The notes below the pieces were generated by a model that saw only the letters and a program-made list of their open reading frames with translations, did no database searches and was not told the origin of the DNA. The position numbers were made by a program, and so were the translations under genes. Of a stretch of 64,000 bases of DNA, positions 13,091 through 26,904 are shown piece after piece. Numbering within the stretch: position 1 is the stretch's first letter; every line of letters begins with the position of its first letter. Source of the DNA: Camelus dromedarius (taxonomy: Eukaryota); the NCBI RefSeq assembly GCF_036321535.1, contig NC_087436.1:66838001-66902000 (forward strand), read 5' to 3'.

Positions 13091-14699
13091 GTTATAAATA
13101 ATGACTTTTCAAGGTCAACAGACATATAGATTAAATACACAATAAAAGTATATTTATATACTTTATACAATATGCAGGCATTTGAAATACAATATTACTT
13201 GCCAGCTTCAAAGATAGGTAGATATAAAGACTGGGAATATTCTTCTAAGTAGTTACAGTAACTTTTTCAAACATTTTGTATTAATTTGCTATCCACTAGT
13301 TAGTTCCTTAGTTACACTAAATGGAAGTTTCTCTCATCCTCTGTAATAATAATGGTGGATGTAGTTGTTCGTGTGTGAATTGTGCATGCATGAGTGTGTG
13401 TGTGTTTGAGGTGAAAGAGGAGATGGAAAATTAGGTTATATCACAGAGCTTTTTATTATAAATAGTATTTTTAATGATTTTGTTCTCAGATTTCATATGT
13501 AACCATTTCACAAAAATTGTAATGTGAGAAATCATCAATTTGCTATCAGATGTCATATATTCTGTGTGTGATAAAATAGCCATAAACACTCGAAATAAAC
13601 ATAAACATTTACTATAAGTTTCTACATAATCACTATAATTTCATTTAAATTATAAATATTTCACAATGCTATACCACATTATTGAATTTCAACATTTTGA
13701 GAGTTATGTTCACCTATCAATAAAGCAACAATTATGTGCAAATCCACGCCAAGCCACCAGGACTAAATAAAGAAGCCCACAACTAGGATTGTTTGAGATG
13801 ATGATTTTAAGTGGGGAATAAATTCAGTCACTATTTAACATTATATTTCTACTTTGCTATACAATTTTGTTGTTTTTGTCAGTATGTTTGTTAAATGTTT
13901 CTTTATGTTTGTTTTTACGTAGTTTATTCATAGGTATGCAAACTGTATCCTGTAAATCACAGATATTTACACAGAGAATATCACTGTGTTTATATCATTG
14001 TAAACCTAAATATGTAATATGGCCATTCTTTTAAAGGACTTCCAATTTGCACACATTACCAGATTTTTGATATTCAGGTTTACAGAACATATAGCAGATA
14101 AATTAATAGTGTTTCCTTGGCATTTTTTTTTTTTTTGCTGTTTTTAAGAAGTATTGATTTTATTATATCCTTCAAACAAAAATTCAATTAAAATATATCA
14201 CAAAAGAGCAGATTAATAGAGGAAACAGAAAAAAGTTTATCAAATGAGCTAGTCTATAAAGCTATAAGTCATGACTTTCATAAAAGATATATGAACTTTG
14301 CAACCTCAGACACAAAATGACACATTTAATGAGTACAACAGAACTTCACTGACAGCTAATAAAATGGAGCATATTTAAAAACATGATGTATCCAGACAGC
14401 CAAGTTTCTTAAGCTTTTAAATATGGATATAAAATATTATGAAACATAAGAGGAACAAAATGAGAACAAAAGCCAATAAGGATATGTTACCACAAGTCAG
14501 GTCTATAGAGATTCAGTGACAGAATATAATTGATACTGAATAATTATGCAGTTAACCATGTAGAACATGCCAGGAGGAAAGAAGTATATGCACACTTAAG
14601 ATGATGGACGGATTGTTAGACAGACCGATAGACAGATAAACAGCACAATCCATACGTTTCTAGGCATTTGTAAGTGCACCACAGATGTTGGCTATTTTA

Positions 14700-15135
14700 T
14701 GAATTTCCAGTTGCTGTAAGGAAGGAGCCCCCCAGATTTGGTGACATAGATCAACAATGACTTACTATTTCTCACAATTCTAAGCATTGGCTGGGTGATT
14801 CTTCAGCTAGTCTTGACTGAATTTACTCATAGGGCTGTGTTCATCTCACGGAATGGCTGCGCACTAGGCTTGCCTCAGACAGCTCATTCCCAAGTCTAGG
14901 GCTTCCTATGGGAGCTCTCCTCTCCAGGTGCTCTCTCATTCTTTCAAAGGCTACACCAGGCTTCCTGACAGTATGATGATCTCAGGGTTCCAAGAGGTAT
15001 GAGAGGAAGCTACCGGTCTTTAGAGGCCTTGGCTAAAGATTTTACGCCTCACTTTAATACTCAGCGAAAGTCACAAGCCAGCCCAGATTGAAGAGTTGGA
15101 AAAATAGACTCCATCTCTTGATGGAAGGAGCTTTA
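14700..15135 (-). mobile_element. MaLR LTR (MLT1 family)
   Basis: caacaatgacttactatttctcacaattct...aagtcacaagccagcccagattgaagagttggaaaaatagactccatctcttgatggaaggag is typical of MLT1. Confidence 0.7.
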
Positions 15136-15856
15136 AATGCTTTTATACCCTATCATAGCTATCATTTTTATTCCAGGATCTGGAAACTTAAACAGAAATC
15201 TTTATGTCTGCATAGAGAAAGAATGAAACAAACTCTTTAGCCAGGTCTCCAAAAATTTATGCTAATATATGCAGTCTTGAGAATATAAGATTATACTGAA
15301 TAGTTGTTATCTATAAGAAAATAATACTTTTAATATTTTCCCAGGAGGTCAGTGTATAGCACACAGAGGTATCAGTCTATATTTTTATTGTTGAGGTTGT
15401 AACTAATGTTTAATCTAGTACGTGACACAAGCAGTCATATTATGAATGCAAACATACTCATATGATTTATATTTGCAGCTAAACTAAACAGTATTGGTAA
15501 CAGTTTTTCTTTTTCAATGAGGCCAAGATCTCTCTGCCACTTACAATATATGTGCTCTCCTAGCATGCACATTGGTTCATTCTGTATCCCAGGAGGCTTT
15601 CTATTTGGAAAGTCACTCAGCACAGTGGACTCTTTTCTTGGGCATTTAGTAGTAACACTCATAAGATGAAGCCTTATGAAATCTTTCTCTTATAATCTTA
15701 TATTAGACATGAAATTCATGGTTTCAGTGATATCAGTGAAGTAAATCCTTTTATTTAAACAGGACTTTAGTTATTTAATATGTCACAGTCATGAGTTTGA
15801 AACAATTTTACCAAAGTTATGAGAAATATCACTGCTGCTAAAAAAGGATCTTTGAA

Positions 15857-15975
15857 GTATGCTTAGCGTGCATGAGGTCCTGGTACCTCCATCAAAATAA
15901 ATAAATACATAAATACATAAATAAATAAATAAACAAACAAACAAACAAACCTAATTACCTCCCCACCACCCCCAG
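15857..15975 (+). mobile_element. tRNA-derived SINE (Vic-1-like), 5'-truncated
   Basis: gtatgcttagcgtgcatgaggtcctggtacctcc, then (taaa/caaa)n, then cctaattacctcccc. Flanked by degenerate TSD aaaaaa(gg/ta)atctttgaa. Confidence 0.8.
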
Positions 15976-17334
15976 AAAAAATAATCTTTGAAATAATAGG
16001 AAGCTCTTTACATCAGTATTTGCACTATGAGAAAGGAAGAACACTAAAGAATCAACAAGGTTAAACGTGAAAAGCACTGGATAGGGATTCCAGACATCTA
16101 TATTGCAGCATCAGACTGTCCAATGCTAAGTAGCCCTTGACAATTACTTCACATTCTACTGTCCTCATTTAAATATAAATCCATTCAGATGTTGTCAAAA
16201 GTCATCGTCCACAATGTAAATCATATACAAGTCTTTGTAAAATTTTTCTTTTGGCATTTAGTTATTTAGTTTGTACAAATATACTTCTCTTGGCAGGGGG
16301 AGGAATGTATTTGGGATTAATATTGATGCTTATGTGTACAGAGATCCTAAGAAAGAATAAAAAAGCCATGGTCACAACTCTTAAATGTAGACATCAAAGA
16401 TGATTCAGCGAATTAGTGAAAAATGTTTCCTGACTCTTAAATTTAAAATGTATCCATAAATTTCTTTCTCACTAATTAAGGTTAAGCAAATGATTCATTA
16501 CTCTATTTGTTTTCTTACACTAAAAATATCCAGATCCACTAAGACTATAACAATATGAAATATAATTTTATTTAGAGACTTCATAAGCTTTGCCTTTCAC
16601 TTATTCTAAGAAAAACAAAATTGCAATTGCAGAGTATCATGGAACATATGAAAGAAACTCCAGACATATGCTAAGTAAAATAACAACTTTTTATAAATGT
16701 ACAGAGTAGGACTCCCAAAAATGTGTACTGGTTGAGACTCAATTTTGTTCATTTTAAATAATTAAGTTTCAAAACTCATCAGTCTTACCATATGTAGATT
16801 ATTTTCTACATTTTTTTCCTATTCAGAACCAATTTAAAATGACTGACATGCCTAGAAATTTTTTTTAAAAAAGGGTGGGGGGAAGAAGATATGTGAAATC
16901 TGCCTCCAGGAACTGATAAAGCAACACAAAGGACAAGCTGGCACTCAATTAACCTAACCTAAATAGATAATAATTTACACAATCTTACAAAGAACTGAGA
17001 AACCAAAAACTGTGATAGTTTTACCTAACAATAATTTTGATGTAACAACTTATGAAATAATTAAATTGTATCAATGAATAATCTACAGATGATGAAGTAC
17101 AACAATATTTTTAGTATTTTAAGAAGAAATCAGGCAAGACTACTTAAAACATAGAAATTATGACCAAATGTGCATGTTGACAAAATTAGGATAATTCCAT
17201 CTGGAAAGCAAAATTGCTTTTGGGCTCTTGAGGAGTTAAGAACTGGTATCAGTATTTAGAGGAGATCAGTTTTCTATTAATAAAATTACATTTTAAAAAC
17301 TTCCTGATTTTGAAAATTAATAACATTTAAATTA

Positions 17335-18650
17335 ATTATATTATTTATTTAATCATTTGCAAGCACTTATTATAAGTTAGAATCATCCAAGTCATTGAGA
17401 ATTTAGTCACCAGTAAAACATGCATAATCTCTGCCCTCAAGGAGCTTATAGCATGGTGGGGAAATAAATAAGAAAGCAAAAACATACTTGTATGAGTCTG
17501 ATAAATGTTCCAGAATACTGAAGTGAAGTACCTATCTCAGATTTGATGATTCAAAGAGAGCTTCTTGCAAGAAGTCACCTTAGCTGGGAAATAAAGATTG
17601 AGTAGGTGCTAACCAAACAAAAAGTGGAGGTAATGGGGGTCTGGGGGTGTCTCCCATGTGGGGCCCCATGCTAACAGACACTGTATGACATCTTTTAGTG
17701 TGAAATCTAAAAATGACTTGAGAATTAGGAATAGAAATAGTAACTACTTTGCTTGATAAAAACAATAAAGTATGGAGTTTTTTAAGACAAATATCTATTT
17801 GTAAAAAGATACCTTTCAAGAATTTTGGTCATTTATTCACTCACTCATTCTTCCAACAAATAATTATCAAGTTCTTTCTACTTGCAAGTGCATTTCTTGG
17901 CAAGAAATTGTAGTAAAGTTCCCGCATTTAATGGAACTTATATTCTCAGGGTGAGACAAAAATACATACAAACTAAGTGAGTTACACAGTGTTAGAAAGT
18001 GCTCTGTTCTGTGAGGGGGTGGGGAACCCGATAAATGAGATACAAAAGGCCAGGATGAGGGACATGTGTACATAGGCCAGTGCATGTGCACAAGCATAAA
18101 CACAATTATAAACAGGAGGGTCAGGAAACACTTCTGAAAATATATTTAAGCAAAAGGCATTTATTATGTCAAGGCAGGGAGACAATGGAAATCTGGGGGA
18201 AGATGGTTTTAGGAAGAAGTAACAGCAAGTAGAAAAGACCTGAGACTGAAAAGTTCAATTATCAAGGAGGCAAGTGTACCTAGTAAAGTAAATGAGAAAG
18301 CATTGAGAGATGAGTTTAGTCAAAGAAGTGGAAAAGGTTCAGATCTTGTAGGTCAATGTTGTTTACTCTGAGTGAGATGAGGAGCAATGAGAAAGTATTG
18401 AGCAGGGAAGTGATATCATTTAACGTATTTTAAAGAGATTCCTGTGGCCACTACGTGGAAAGTAAATTGTGGAAGTCCAAAGGGTAAAAAGGGATTCATT
18501 AGACTATTATAATAATTTAATTATGAAACAACAGTGGTTTGGATCAAAGTGTTAGCAAGGGAATGGGTGGGAAATAACTGAATTATAGATTCATTTAGGT
18601 ACAGAAGAGTTAGGATTTAGTGATGGTTGGATGTCGGATGTGAGGAGGGG
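17335..18650 (-). mobile_element. L2 fragments (at least two pieces, ~17335-17640 and ~17830-18650)
   Basis: Reverse-complement L2 tail (tcatttattcactcactcattc) and body motifs (ctgccctcaaggagcttatag; tactctgagtgagatgaggagcaatg; ggatttagtgatggttggatgt). Confidence 0.65.
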
Positions 18651-19169
18651 AAAGCATCATAAAGTTGACATTATGTCAACTCTTAAACATTACTTGGTAA
18701 TATCTGATTGTAAACACACTCTTCATCTGGGTTGCTTCTTTTCCTTAAAATTTTATGAGCCAGCAGTCCTGTTATTAAAGTCAGATGCTTAAGATGAAGG
18801 CATCTTTACTTGAAGCCACCTCAGTGCATTTGAGCCTACTACTGTCCACATGGATTTCCCACATCCTTCCTGCATCTGGGAAGAGAAGGAAGAAACGATA
18901 CACACAAAATCGATAGCTCCTTTATCACCAATGGGACAAGCAAGATAGTTATTTAAAAAATACATAAAAGAGATGGCAATAAAGCTGAGTGAAATATGAC
19001 ACTCACCATTTGTTTCCAATAGACCACACCCATGACAAACCAAAGTACGAAGAAATTATTACTTTGTCTTCTACTCAGTGGGATAAGCAAGGGAAAGATG
19101 GTAGAAAGGCAGCCAATCAGAACAACATATATGAAGGTCAGAAAGCGAGACTTTGCATGCTTAGAGAAT

Positions 19170-20085
19170 AAATTATGGTGATTACAGAGTCTTTTTGACT
19201 GGGCTGATCTTTTGCCTTGTTTCAGCCTGTAGAAATCAATGAATGTGATGATGTGTAATTTTTCTTGGAAACCTAACTTCAACAAAGAGATAAGCTGCAG
19301 CTTGAAAAATCACATGGAGAAAAGCCCAGTTATCCCAACCAAGGCCTTTCAAAATAAGCCAGTCTGCTGATCTTCAGATGTATGAGAGAGATCAACAGAG
19401 TCACTGTGGTATGCAAAATAATGGTCCTCCAAAGACAGCCATGTCCTAATCCCCAGAACCTCTGAATATGTCACATTACAAGGCAAAGGGAAATTAAAGT
19501 TGCAAAGGGAATTAAGGTTGCTCAACAGCAGATAAGGAGATTACCCTGGGTTATCTGGGAGTGTCCAATATAATCAGAAGGGTATATATACATGAGGAGG
19601 GAGGCAGAAGAGGAAGTCAGGGTAAGGTAGTGCAAGAGGGACCTGAACTACCATTGCTGGGTTTGAAGTTGGAGGGAGGGGCTCACAAGCAGAAGAATGC
19701 AGGCATCCTCTCAAAGCTGGGAAGACAAGGAGATTAGTTCTTTCCTAGAGCCCCCTAAAGACAATATAGCCTTGCAGACATCTTGATTTTAGCCTAATGA
19801 GACCCTTGTTGGACTCTGATATGAATGATAATTATCAGAGATAATTGTGTTAAATAATAATAAATCCGTGTTGTTTAAGCCACTAACTTTGCTTTATTTG
19901 CTACAACAGGCATAGGAAACTAATACAGTCACTTATGCAATCTCCAGCTGACTATGGATGAGTAAAGCAAGCTGGAGCAAGATGAAATGCTTAGTAGATA
20001 GAGACTCTTGAGCAAAAATAAATGGCTATTGTTTAGAATACTGAGTTTTGGGGGTGGTTTGTTACATAGCACATAGCCAAGCATG
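19170..20085 (+). mobile_element. Older MLT1-type LTR interrupted by MLT1D
   Basis: cacatggagaaaagcccagttatcccaaccaaggcc lies before the insertion; aaataaatggctattgttt...ttttgggggtggtttgttacatagca (MLT1 3' end) lies after. The 5' boundary is uncertain. Confidence 0.55.
19405..19927 (+). mobile_element. MLT1D-like solo LTR with 5-bp TSD
   Basis: TG...CA termini (tgtggtatgcaaaataatggtcc ... taggaaactaataca) with TSD gtcac at 19400-19404 and 19928-19932. Confidence 0.88.
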
Positions 20086-20329
20086 CTTGTGTAATAAAAT
20101 GTCATAACTTTATTTTTTTTTAAGTGAGAAGAGAAAAGGCTCTTGGGCAGAACTCTGAGGAATAAAAATGTACAAACTGATGGGAAGAATACAAAAATTA
20201 ACAAAATAAATGGCAACCATAGCCAAAGATTTTTTTTTAAAGGAGGGTTGAGTGTTCCAATAGCAAAAAGGTTTTACTCATGCAGGTGTTTGAAATAGTA
20301 ACCACCTTTCACAAAACATTTATGAATCA

Positions 20330-20870
20330 AAAAAAAGAACAGTGCACAAGGGCAACAAAATAAGCTGAGTCCTACTCTTCAATCATCTATCCACCCTCTA
20401 CTGTGCCATAGCTGCTGAGTTTTGATGGGACTGACTCTGCTTGTGAGTCCTTGCAGAGGACCATGGGGAGGTCCCTGGAGAAGCCCAGGGAGAATGAGCC
20501 AGCTGGTCTATTTCCAACCCCTCATCACAGTGATGGGCTCAGCAGTGTGCCTTCTCTCAATGTGGCCCTTGTGCTTGAGGCCTAGGACTTTCAGTTAATA
20601 AACGGAGGAAGAGAAGTTTTCTTTCCTTCTGGTATGATGAGCTATCCATATATAAGGTCTGGAATTGCTGTAGCTATTTTGCTACCATGGGAGAATTCCA
20701 TCTTGTGTCAAAGCAGACCCAGAGGAGGGTCCAGCTCTGAAAATCTCAGAGAAATAAAGCCAGATCCATGATCAAACTATTCCTGAAACTTGTAACTTTC
20801 AGTGATAAAATATGTCCCCTGCATTGCTAAAAGCACATTCAAGTTAAATGTATGTTATGTGCAGCAGTTT
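20330..20870 (+). mobile_element. Old MLT1 (J/K-like) LTR
   Basis: ggtctggaattgctgtagctattttgctaccatgggag...actttcagtgataaaatatgtcccc; degenerate MaLR-like sequence. Confidence 0.45.
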
Positions 20871-22061
20871 GGCTGTTGCAGAGTCAAACAATTATGAATT
20901 TAAATCAGTAGGCTATTCAAATAAGTAATACTGTACAAAATAGGGATACAACTTACATACTTCAATGAGTTGGTGTGAGGAGTAAATAAGACAATGGATG
21001 ACACCTCTGGTTGTTTATACTTCAGAAAATATTATGTAAAAAAATAACTCATGAATAGGAGAACTAAAACACCAAAGTCATGGCTAGATTAGATGAAATC
21101 TGAGATACCCTGAGTTTCTCAGAACAAAAGGCCAGGGTTGCATGAAAGTGAGGACCTTAACGGCTATTTAATAGCTACTTGGTAAAGAGGACCAGATTCA
21201 GGGACAAAATTCAAACTGTCTCTATTTCCAATTTCACCAAAAATATTTTAGATATTTTACTAAGAAACTTAGTTAACATATCTTTATAAAACTAGAACAA
21301 CATGGAACATGGTGATATTTGCTATAATTATCATTATCATTATTGTCAGCATCTTTAAAATTAGTTTAAGAAATATTTAAATCAGAATTTAAAATGAATT
21401 CTGATTAAATATGAGATAACTATACACATTACTAAGACAAAAACAAATTAAAAAATTAAGAGAGGGTGGATTGCTGTTAAACCAGAGTCTAGCTGCACCA
21501 TCCATGTGACTTTCTAAGAAAATAATAGTTGTTTTTCAAGACAGGATCCTTTTAAAAGTTCAAACAATTTTGAGCCCAAGAACCTCATCTCACGTGAAAG
21601 TAACAGAAGCCTGTGAGGGATGTTCTAAACACAATTGTAGACTACGTATTTTCTCTGCTGACTTGTAATAACCAAGTTTGTGAATACTATCTCTACTAAA
21701 TGCCTCACAGTGACAGTGTTATATTTTTTTTCTGTAAAGATAAAGTAATGGTAAGGCTAGAAATAACAGTAGTGGGTTTAAGAAAATAGAGGGAAAAAGT
21801 CAAGCTACGTGACATTCAGATTCCCTACCAATTACATAAGAGTGTGATTTCACAGTTTTAGGAGGCAAGCCACTATGTTTCCAGTCCTAATCCATAGAAA
21901 AATAGATGTAAATCCCATGATCAACTGAATGCTTAACCCCCTCTGAGAGTATGAATATTAGTATCATATTGGACAATGTTTAGAATTATTCCTTTATTCC
22001 TTGAATCCTTCGATCCTTACACATAAATTTTAATTGTCTAAACTGGACCAAAACAAAAACA

Positions 22062-22723
22062 GCCTTATCTACAGCTTCATTTCCACAGTTTCAGGTACCC
22101 CCAGTCAACTGTGGTTCAAAAATATTAATGGAAGATTCCAAAAATAAACAATTCATAAGCTTAAAATTGCCTGCTGTCCTGAGTAGTGTAATAAAAATCT
22201 TGCGCCAACAAGTTCCATCCTGCCTGGAATTCCCAACCATCGACATCCTCTGCTCCTTACACTGCAAAATCCACATCGTCATGGCTCAGTGATCCAGGAT
22301 CACCAGCAGCAGATGATCCTTCTTCTGACCAATCATCAGAAGGTCAACAGCAGCCTAACACTATGTCACAATTCCAAGGTCATTCATTTTAGCTCATCAA
22401 GTAGGCATTTTACCATCTCACATCATCATCGTCACAAGAAGAAGGGTGAGTATGTTACGGTAAGATATTACGAGAGAGAGAAAGAGAGAGACCACATTCA
22501 CATAACTTTTATTACAGTGTATTCTTATAATTGTTCTATTTTATTACTAGTTACTATTGTTAATCTTTTACCATGCTTAATTTATACATTAAAATTTATT
22601 AGAGGTATGTAAGTATAGGAAAAAAAACATCGTATATACATGTAGGGTTCCATACTATCCAAGGTTTCAGGCATCCACTGGGGGTCTTGGGATGTATCCC
22701 CTGCAGATAAGGAAGAAACTACT
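22062..22723 (+). mobile_element. MER44-family (Tigger/TcMar) DNA transposon
   Basis: ccttatctacagcttcatttccacagtttcaggtacccccagtcaactgtggttcaaaaatatt... and end ggcatccactgggggtcttgggatgtatcccctgcagataagg...actact. Residual TIR ccttatct / agataagg. Confidence 0.85.
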
Positions 22724-23792
22724 TCCTTAACCACTAACTACTACTACCACGCCCATCACTACCAATAATAACTTAAAAACACTACTAATTTACTCTTTAG
22801 AAACAAAGTTTTTTCCTGAAATAGAATTACTTCCTTCTATATCTATAGCATATCAAGGGTTAATTAAGTTTAAGTAACAATAAATGAAGCCTTATGAATA
22901 TGAGTAGACTGTTAATGACAGAAATCATTATCTGAAAGGTTAATAATTTATAGAATACTGAAAGTTTTCACCTTCAAATGGCATTTACTGTTTCATTAGA
23001 AAAAAATAAAAACTGTTTCAAAATAGACAGACACCATCTAAATTCACATACTTTAAATACATGGATATACCAAAGCAGAGAAACTTCACTGTTTGTAATA
23101 ATACTGTATTTATATTTCGTTCAGACCACGAGTCTAAGAAGAATCATTGCTTGAGTTGTAGTTCAAGCACTGGTTTGCAATACAGGTCATATCTTCAGGC
23201 CTTCTAGACTTGAAGATTCAATAAACTAGCCTCTCTTTTCTTACTAATGGAAGAAAATTTGTAAAAAGTGAGATCAAAAAGCCAGCACTTAAAGTATATT
23301 TTGTTTAGTGGAAAACATTTCACATCTTCAAAGAAACTCCTCAAGTTAGATGCTTGTTTTGACAAAGAAGATACTGGTGTCTTTGTACCAAGCCACAAAA
23401 TATGTAATTTGCTCTGATGGTATTCCAATAATGTATTAAATGGATTGTCAAATATTAACAAAATTAGGTAAAACAGAATAAATAAAAATGCTCCCAATAG
23501 TCAAACAGTAGTAGGATATTTTTTCCCACTTCATTTTGTGTTAATATGTCATTCTATAATAGGTCATTATCAGCAAAGATTGATTATGCTGGTATTGATG
23601 CTCACCAGACAAAGCATGACTATTTAAATACATGTGAGGGCAGTTACAAAATGGTTTATCATCTATTTTTAATAAATGCAACTGTATATTCTGACTAAGT
23701 GGATCTGGATGAATGCCTCTACAGACATGTACATGTGATAAAGGAAACAAAACAGAGAAAAATAATGTGAAGTTAACAAGTCAATCCAAGTT

Positions 23793-23950
23793 GGGAGGGG
23801 ATAGCTCAGTGGTAGAGAGCATGTTTAGCATGCGTGAGATCCTGGGTTCAATCCAGTACCTCCATTAAAAAATAAAATAGATAAACCTAATTACTCCCCC
23901 GCTATACAACAAAATTTAAATAAAATAAAAATAAATAATTTTTTAAAAAG
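23793..23950 (+). mobile_element. Full-length tRNA-derived SINE (Vic-1-like, camelid)
   Basis: A box tagctcagtgg (23802-23812), B box ggttcaatcc (23845-23854), cctaattactccccc, A-rich tail, TSD aagt(c/t)aatcca. Confidence 0.88.
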
Positions 23951-25689
23951 AAGTTAATCCAGATCATCTTTCAAAGCAGCTATTGCTGCTGAGTTTAATA
24001 CCCAAACTGTCACTAATTCTTTTCTGTTTTACTTTATTAGACTTTATTCTTCTATTCTTTAATTTTTTAGTAGGAAAATAAATTCTTCTACAGTTACAGT
24101 AGGATGGAGCATGCCTTCAATCACTTTTGAATCTCTCAGAAGCTCAGTTACGTATAATGAATGCAGGAGGTGCTCAGTAAATACTTGGTGTTTGAATGAA
24201 TGGCAGTCAATTTCAGGAAAATCACATGAAGAAGTCATTTCAACACACTGTGCAAAAAAAGTTGCAGTATTCTAAGTAAACCTGGTTTAGAACCTAATAG
24301 TGGACTCATGGGTAAGCTTGATTTAAATACGATTTTGTATCTGTGGTTTCACTATTATGCTACATCTAAAGAGCACAACAGGAAGATTTACATGATGCCA
24401 GGTCATTGGGAATCCTTATAGAAGCTTGTTCTCAAGGACTAGCAATAAAGAGCAACAGCACTTCAGAGTGAGGTTTCAAACAAACTGATGTTCTATGCAT
24501 ATCAGTACAATATGCATCTTTATACAAACAAGTTCAAAGCATACATGCCAAAGGGACAAATGATTGAATAGTTCAAAATGCTGAGATGCTCTGATTCTGA
24601 ACTGAACCACCAGAATGTTTGATGGTTCATATTGGAAATGGATTTCTGACCATGTTTCTGTTAAATAGGGAATGAGTTTGAAACCAGAATTACACAAAAA
24701 AGCAGAGTTTAAAACTAGCTTCCAGGTGAGCAGTAGGCAGAATCGAGTACCCACAGTGGAGAGAAAGAAAACAGTATTAACAGAATCATTGCTGGTGTAA
24801 AAACAGGATGTCAGCAGGTATATTGTAAAGAGCTTTTGAGAAAAGCAACATCAAGTAAACCTGATTAAGGGTTGTCACCATTTTCCTAGAGATGAGGGAC
24901 AAGAAACAAGTATCATAACCTCCTGCAAGTGTAGTTTTTCTCAAAAATGTGGGTCAAACACACCCTGCAGCAGAATTACTGCCTGTGTTTGCGTATGGTA
25001 AAATACGCAGATTCTTGGGCCCTCCCTTGGGATCATAAATTCAGAGTGTGCAGTCCACGAGTAAGTAATTCATAAACACACTATAGATTGAAAATGCCAT
25101 GCATTGCTCTCAAATAGCACAGTAGTCATTATACAAAATTCTTCTGTGGAACGAGTGCAGTTCTCAGTGAATCCTTTTGTCAACATTAAAGTGTCTAAAG
25201 AAAGACAGATTAAGAAAGTAGGCAGGCTAGTAGGCAGCAGCATTAAATAATAATGTCTTATTTAAGGGTTCTGGAAAGTCTAAACCTAGGAATTACAGTT
25301 AGGGCTCTGTGTCTAGATCCTTAGTTTAAAAGAGAGGGGGCACCAAGCACAAACAAAAAACCAAATCTTTGGCATGTAACTATTTGAAGAATTCCAAAAA
25401 TCTTTAAAACACATTGCACATCACACCAGCAATTGAAATTATAACACTAATTTGAAAAATAGAGAAACCATAGAACTCATTATTTTATGAAATATTTTAA
25501 GAAGCATAGATTCTAGGCATTATTGTGATCCCCAGGGAGAAATTTCAGAAAAAACAGTAAGAAAGCAAACAGTCATAGTGCCTGTGCTCCAGGTTGTGTG
25601 CTTTCTCAAGGAAGCAGCAATTTAAGTGGATGGGAAGACTGAGCTACCTACAGCAACATAAGAAATACAGCAATATTCACTAGTGATTC

Positions 25690-25925
25690 AGAGTATAATA
25701 CCTCTAGGGTAAGAATTTCTTGGTTCAGATTCCTATTCCCTCACATACTAGATTTGTGACCATGGGCAAATCACTTCACATCTTTAAACTTCAGCTTCTT
25801 CACCCTAAAAATGGGAATAATGATAATATTATGTCATGAAGATATTGCCAGGATCAAATAAGAAAATCCAAATAAAGTTCTTCATGTAGCAATGTGTGCA
25901 CAGTAAGTGCTGAAACATGCTACCA
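25690..25925 (+). mobile_element. MIR SINE
   Basis: tgtgaccatgggcaaatcacttcacatctttaaacttcagcttcttcaccctaaaaatgggaataatgata...cacagtaagtgct. Confidence 0.75.
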
Positions 25926-26904
25926 TCATGACCTCTGTCACTGGTACCACAATAGGTAGAAGGGAGAAAGGGAAGGAACAGAAGTTCCAGAAGTGTCTCT
26001 TTAGAAACCAGAGAAGTCTCTAGAAAGATTCTAGTCAGGGAACCAAACAAGGATGTTGATGGTTTCTAAAAATATTCCACCCTCTCTGCTAATCCTTATT
26101 AGATAAACCAGAGATGAACTATGGACATATTCATTAGAGTCTCATCTTGGAACTAATGACTGTTTAGAAAACAGTAAACAGGCATAGGAAAAGCAGAGAA
26201 ATTGTGCCTCACTTAAGCCAAGCTTCAATGTGGATGGGCAGCAGCTTCAGTTGGCAAAACTAAAAGATTTTTGTAGGGAGCTGTAAATAGAACACTAATC
26301 TGGTCACAGAAGCATGAGTGTAAGGCCAATGTAGAGCTATTCATGATATGTCATTAAACAAAGTAGTTGTCTCTAGGTACTTTCCCTTGGAAACTTTGAC
26401 AATTGATTAATTCATAATTGACAATATTCATCCACAAACAGAAATAATAGAGTTAACAAAATCTGTATCTTTTCCAAATATATTTTGATGAAAGTGAAAA
26501 TTACTTGACTATTTTTTTATATACAAAGTATTTCCCCCCTTTTTTGCCCTTACTTTGATGCTGTTTTTCACTTGTCATTTCTTTATGATATTGCTCTGGA
26601 TATTTTTATAAGTTGAAAAACTTCAATGCTAATATAAAACTTAGTGTCTTAAGAAATTATCAAAATAGAGTCACCACTGGAAAATGAACTTTTGTGATTT
26701 ACTCACTTAAGAGTGAAGTAGTTGCTTTTGTAGCAACTGATTCTATACACTATCTTTCACTTTGGAATATTTTTCTTCTTTTCCATTTTACTTCACCAAT
26801 GAGTTTGTTTATATAATACTCATAAAGTCTAAAGCCTATTTATCTCATAGTTTCTTCTATGAACTCACACTACATGGAATATTATTGAAAAGTTCCCTAA
26901 ATAC

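Noticed and set aside
18663..18681. 9-bp-arm palindrome agttgacat-t-atgtcaact; similar short IRs at 21380-21406 and ~38233-38257
   Set aside because: Short and AT-rich; plausible by chance in 64 kb and without supporting context.
22289..22612. 107-aa ORF as a transposase
   Set aside because: It lies within a non-autonomous MER44 element and has no recognisable transposase motifs.
23793..23865. tRNA gene
   Set aside because: It has A and B boxes, but it continues into a SINE-specific tail, has a TSD and occurs as four related copies in the window, so it is a SINE.
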